Shown in pieces: positions 60,078 through 64,000 of a stretch of 64,000 bases of DNA (within the stretch, counting starts at the first letter, position 1; each line of letters begins with the position of its first letter). The position numbers and the translations under genes are program-made. Source of the DNA: Alphaproteobacteria bacterium (lineage in GTDB: Bacteria; Pseudomonadota; Alphaproteobacteria; UBA828); contig CBDEFM010000002.1 of assembly GCA_965237415.1 (NCBI GenBank), positions 3,360,001-3,424,000 of the forward strand, written 5' to 3'. A model generated the notes under the pieces. The model was not told the DNA's origin. It searched no databases and was given only the letters and a program-made list of their open reading frames with translations.

Positions 60078-61343
60078 CGGGGACCCAAGCGCCGCCCTTC
60101 CCCCGATAACGCGGCTGGGTTCTGCTCTCATCAAGGCCTCGATGTGATCCGCTATGTGTTGTGCCGGCCCGCGCAGCTGCCCGATCGTCCAGTCCGAGGC
60201 GTACCCCTCGGTGACGTCATTGGGCGGCGCATGGTTCACGAGCCGCTTGGTCAGGGCGTGCGGGAGCATCAACTCGCGCTCGGCCACGGTGATGAAGCAG
60301 TTGCGCAACCCGTGGAACCAGAACTTGGCGCCCCCGGCCTTGCTGATGCGGCGATGGAAATAGGTCAACTTCACGAAATAGCCCGTGCGGCTGGAGCCGG
60401 AGGGAAACACCCAACCGCCCGGCAAGTGACCGATCTCGGCCCACCGGCGATCGAGAATGGCCGCCAGCTGCCGCGTGATGGGCAACTCCAGCGGCTCGCC
60501 GGTCTTGGTCTCGTCCACACGGAAGACGAGCTCCTCCCTGTTCACACGCTCCCATCGGAGCGGCAGCACCTCACCGAGCCGCATGCCGGTGTACATGCCG
60601 AACCAGAACACGTCCCGAAGGGCGGGGTTGCTCACCACGGCCTCGATGCCTTTCCGCCAGCACGGCAGGACCTCGGCCGGCGGCGGGATCTTGCGGCGCG
60701 GCTTGTTATGGAACCTGCCGCCGCCCGCGAGCCAGAGATCCACGGGGTTGGCCAGTCCTTCAAAATCCACGCAGGGCCGGCGATAGACCGAGCGCAGCAG
60801 AGACAGGCACTGGTTGGCCGTCGCCCAACCGTGACGCTCGGTGATGCGGTTGAAACGGTCCTCCACGTCGCTGCGGGTGATGGCGTCGAGGGGGCGACCA
60901 AGCCAGTCGCCTAGGGGCCGCTCGAAACGGTCGCGGTAGGACTCGTTGGTGCTCGCCTTGCGCTTGGGATTGGCCGCCATGTACTGCTCGAAGGCCTGCC
61001 TGAGCGGCGGCATGCGGCGGCTCCTGGCGCGCTCCGCCGCCGGGTCCTCGCCCATGGCGACCATGACAAGCAGCTTGTGAGCCTCGCGACGCGCCTGCTC
61101 GGGCGCTATCCTGTCGCAGCGTCCGAAGACGAGCCGCTTGTTTGGCGCCGTCCTGCCACCCGCACCCAGGCGGTAGTTGACAATGAAGGACTTGACGCCC
61201 GAGGGGTGTACCAGGACGCCGAAGCCGGTGAGTTTGTCGTCCCAGGCGATCCATGGTTTGTCGGCGGGCTTGAAGCTGTCGATCGCGCGCTTGGCGATTG
61301 TGAGCTTGACGCGCGCGACGCGCTTTCCGGATATCATTGGCAT
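60075..61343 (-). CDS. tyrosine integrase with Arm DNA-binding domain
   Basis: WDDKLTGFGV...SGVKSF, TGMR, TKTG, FHGLRN, LVNH, GY. Confidence 0.9.
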   Translation of the reverse strand: MPMISGKRVARVKLTIAKRAIDSFKPADKPWIAWDDKLTGFGVLVHPSGVKSFIVNYRLGAGGRTAPNKRLVFGRCDRIAPEQARREAHKLLVMVAMGEDPAAERARSRRMPPLRQAFEQYMAANPKRKASTNESYRDRFERPLGDWLGRPLDAITRSDVEDRFNRITERHGWATANQCLSLLRSVYRRPCVDFEGLANPVDLWLAGGGRFHNKPRRKIPPPAEVLPCWRKGIEAVVSNPALRDVFWFGMYTGMRLGEVLPLRWERVNREELVFRVDETKTGEPLELPITRQLAAILDRRWAEIGHLPGGWVFPSGSSRTGYFVKLTYFHRRISKAGGAKFWFHGLRNCFITVAERELMLPHALTKRLVNHAPPNDVTEGYASDWTIGQLRGPAQHIADHIEALMRAEPSRVIGGRAALGSP

Positions 61344-61529
61344 GGGAGCATGATCGCATGACGCGGGAGTACGATCAACACCTAGTACAACACCGCAAAG
61401 TCATGTCGGGGGTGTTCCTGAGGCCTCTAGACCTTATACAGGTCGGATGGAGCGCCTGTATTATACTGTTATAGCAACGTTTAGCGGTCTACGGGGATGC
61501 CAGGCTATCAGGAGGGACTATGAGTAACT

Positions 61530-61812
61530 CTAGTTTTTCACCAGGGTCATGGTCTGCGCGGCGCTGTCCGGCCGACAGGGCAAGAGAGGCGCGCAGCGCG
61601 ATGCGGGGCATCGGGCAAGCGGCGTGACGCACACTGTCGGCCGGAGAGCGCCGCCCTTCGGCGGGTCGCGCCCAGGCGCCCGCCCGCGTCGCGCGGCCAC
61701 GCGCGCGGAGCGCACGATGCGGGCCTCAACCGTAGCTCCTTCGGCTCGCTCCTGGCGGATCGAACGCCTGGACGCGACGCAGACCATGACCTTGGTGAGA
61801 AATGCGGGCTAG
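61530..61812. mobile_element. about 280-bp MITE bounded by CTAG
   Basis: IRs TTTTTCACCAGGGTCATGGTCTGCG / CGCAGACCATGACCTTGGTGAGAAA; CTAG at both flanks; interrupts a GGAGG-ATG gene start at 61520. Confidence 0.75.
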
Positions 61813-61879
61813 TGCTGCCCCGCGCGCTGCTGCAACGCGATGGCCGTGCATGGCATGGTGTCGACGGCAGGCAGAATCT

Positions 61880-61996
61880 TGTCGGCGCGGCGAATCCCTC
61901 GCTGAAGCGTAGGCCGAGCACACCCACGATCTCGCTGGCAATCGCGACGCCCAAAAGAAACCATGCTGAAGATGTCGCAGACTTGACTCTTTGCAT
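61880..61996 (-). pseudogene. SMR/DMT small multidrug transporter 5' fragment
   Basis: AWFLLGVAIASEIVGVLGLRFSEGF (conserved TM1 Glu). Confidence 0.7.
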
Positions 61997-62206
61997 GTGC
62001 GGCAGGTTCGTTGGGCCAATGCCTGAATTATCCAAGGAAGGGTCGCACGCGACCATCGGAGCCCGCGTAAAGGTCTCCCTTTCTCCTGATCTGAGCGAAG
62101 GAGATGCGGAGTCTTGCCGGCTCGTCCGTCGCTCGCGTAAGCTGATCTCGGCGATCAACGTCGCGCCCGCCTTTCGTAGCTGGGCGAATTTCGAGAAGGC
62201 GAGCCA

Positions 62207-62590
62207 ATGTCGAGCACCCTCGATTCACAACGGCGTATGGTCAACCTCGATACGGCGGAGTTCGTGCCATACGGGCTGCAAGGGTCGGTCCAGTCTGACC
62301 TCACTTGGTGCAACGTCAGCTATGACGAGACAGAGGGCGGCGGCTGTTTCTTGATTCGTTTCAAACCCGGTGGAACCTCAATCCCTCACGAGCACGTCGG
62401 GTATGAGGAGTTCTTGGTTCTCGACGGCGAGATCGAGGACTGCGATGGCGCTATCTACAAGAAGAACGACCTTGTATCCCTCAAGCCCGGCTCCAAGCAT
62501 TTCTCGGTCTCACACACCGGTTGCACGGTCGCGGTCTTCATTCGTGGCGGCTTCCGCACGCTAGAGAATAACGAGCCAGTTGATGGCTGA
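62207..62590 (+). CDS. ChrR-like cupin domain protein
   Basis: RFKPGG.SIPHEHVGYEEFLVLDG...PGSKH. Confidence 0.85.
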   Translation: MSSTLDSQRRMVNLDTAEFVPYGLQGSVQSDLTWCNVSYDETEGGGCFLIRFKPGGTSIPHEHVGYEEFLVLDGEIEDCDGAIYKKNDLVSLKPGSKHFSVSHTGCTVAVFIRGGFRTLENNEPVDG

Positions 62591-62630
62591 GCTCTGGTCC
62601 ATGGGGCCAACCGTGCAGGCGACGGCCTAG

Positions 62631-63041
62631 TTGAGCACGTCCCTCGCGTCTTATCGCACGGTCGTGAACGTCGAGACCGCGACCTTCGGGACCGTGGCGC
62701 CCCATCGCATGAACCGCGCAGTCCGCGCCGGTCGTCCGGCGTGCCCTGGCGCTAGCTACTGCAACATCAGCTACGACCCCGATGCGGGCGAGGGCTGCTA
62801 CTTGGTTCGATTCGCGCCCGGGACCGGTTCGACGCCCCACGAGCACATCGGCTACGAGGAGTTCCTGGTCCTCGACGGCACGCTGACCGATAGCGACGGC
62901 ACGGTCTACCGCCGCAACGACTTCGTCTCACTGATGCCGGGCTCGAAACATGTCTCGGTCTCGGTTGACGGTGCCACGCTCGCGGTGTTCGTCCGCGGCG
63001 GATTTCGCGTGCTCGACGAGAACGAGGATGTTCACCGCTAA
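62631..63041 (+). CDS. ChrR-like cupin domain protein (paralogue)
   Basis: RFAPG.GSTPHEHIGYEEFLVLDG...PGSKH. Confidence 0.85.
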   Translation: MSTSLASYRTVVNVETATFGTVAPHRMNRAVRAGRPACPGASYCNISYDPDAGEGCYLVRFAPGTGSTPHEHIGYEEFLVLDGTLTDSDGTVYRRNDFVSLMPGSKHVSVSVDGATLAVFVRGGFRVLDENEDVHR

Positions 63042-63065
63042 CGGCGGGTAGAGCGCCGCACTCTC

Positions 63066-63336
63066 CTACTCGGCTGCTTCGGCTTCGGCGAGTTCGGCGC
63101 TAAGTCTCTCGATCGGGGCGCGTTTGGCGTCATCGTCGAGCTTCTTCAACTCGTTGTTCATGGCGCGCTCGTTGACCGATTGGTTCCAGTAGTCCAGCGA
63201 CTCGAACCCGAGGAGCGCCCACTTGCCGACGAACTGGCGCAGCACCTCGTTGGTCGGCCCCATGATCCAACCGGCCTTCGCGTCCCTGACCACGCGCTCG
63301 ATGACGAGACTCTTCTTGTAGCCGGTGCCTCCGCAG
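63066..63336 (-). pseudogene. acyl-CoA dehydrogenase C-terminal fragment
   Basis: CGGTGYKKSLVIERVVRDAKAGWIMGPTNEVLR; truncated at the IS3 end. Confidence 0.7.
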
Positions 63337-63450
63337 TGATCCTCTCCCATCGGATTGATCCATCCATAGGTTTAGGAACGAGGAGGAGCAACGATGGCAA
63401 GGAAGCGCTACAAGCCGGAGGAGATCGTCAGCTTGCTGCGGCAAGCGCGC
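63337..63450 (+). mobile_element. IS3-family left end and orfA start
   Basis: TGATCCTCTCCC end; MARKRYKPEEIVSLLRQA. Confidence 0.75.
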
Positions 63451-63537
63451 CCGCACGCACGCGTGAACCCACCGTCCCAAGACGGGTTGCGGCGTTCGTG
63501 ATCTGGAGGCCGATCGCTTGGGTAGGGTCGTTCGTTA

Positions 63538-63843
63538 CTAGAAATAGAACAGCTGCTCCTGCGTAACGCCCTCTTCTCCGAAACTGATCAAGCCGGCGCC
63601 GACAATATTGCCGACCTGCCATTTGCACCATGCCGTACCGCCCTCGACCACGACATCGGTGATGTCCATCTTGTCACCAATCTTTCTTAGCTCGGCGATG
63701 TAGCCCGGCAGGTCGTTTCTTCCGTAGACGGCCCCGTCTTTGTCGAGAAGCTTGTAGTCGTCGGTGACGTTCGCAGCGATTGCTTCAGCGTTCAGGTCGC
63801 CGAATCCGCTCGCATATCCACCCAACTTGTCTGCTGCTGACAT
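63538..63843 (-). CDS. SnoaL/NTF2-like small protein
   Basis: AEAIAANVTDDY...GRNDL..Y...DVVVEGGTAWCKW; GAGGAG RBS. Confidence 0.65.
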   Translation of the reverse strand: MSAADKLGGYASGFGDLNAEAIAANVTDDYKLLDKDGAVYGRNDLPGYIAELRKIGDKMDITDVVVEGGTAWCKWQVGNIVGAGLISFGEEGVTQEQLFYF

Positions 63844-64000
63844 GCTTCTCCTCCTCGGTGTGTATTGTGGCTGTATCGAATAACAGGGTCGGGCGGCCAT
63901 CGCTCATCAACCCTCGCTACACAAGTCAAGACGCGCCGGACCTGTGGCCGTCGCACGGTCAGTTGTGAGCCGCATTCAAGAAAGTCTCGATATCTGGGGT

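Noticed and set aside
62207-63041. DMSP lyase (DddW/DddQ/DddK) assignment for the cupins
   Set aside because: Motifs fit generic ChrR-like cupins; a specific activity cannot be supported from sequence alone

Overview
High-GC bacterial window, probably alphaproteobacterial (inferred from the glyQ-glyS-ppdK-ygfZ order, intergenic GTCATGGCCGGG-type repeats and protein style). A housekeeping core at about 33.3-48.3 kb (ygfZ, ppdK, glyS, glyQ, TIGR04283/TIGR04282-like pair, Rid, moaB, UDG, MetX-like hydrolase, SDR, truncated acyl-CoA ligase) lies between two heavily decayed accessory regions. The left region starts at a tRNA-Arg(UCU) with an adjacent tyrosine integrase. It holds phage and conjugative-element remnants, many IS fragments, recQ, an intact IS1595, an intact 13-kb TetR-regulated CoA-dependent catabolic/ABC cluster, higBA and a second integrase. 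The right region holds a relaxase-helicase remnant, a DUF1173-like gene, MITEs, IS fragments, an NCS2 permease fusion, a third integrase and tandem cupins. The most notable observations are: (1) a DDE transposase nested inside IS21-type ends that itself carries an IstA-like end-binding domain at its C-terminus; (2) an AT-rich three-gene HicA/HicB-like operon with an extra small gene; (3) repeated leader elements upstream of ssb; (4) a family of hairpin repeats overlapping gene 3' ends; (5) a 10-bp-phased GGGA array. Family assignments come from recognising motifs by eye, not from database searches. No CRISPR array or rRNA gene was seen.
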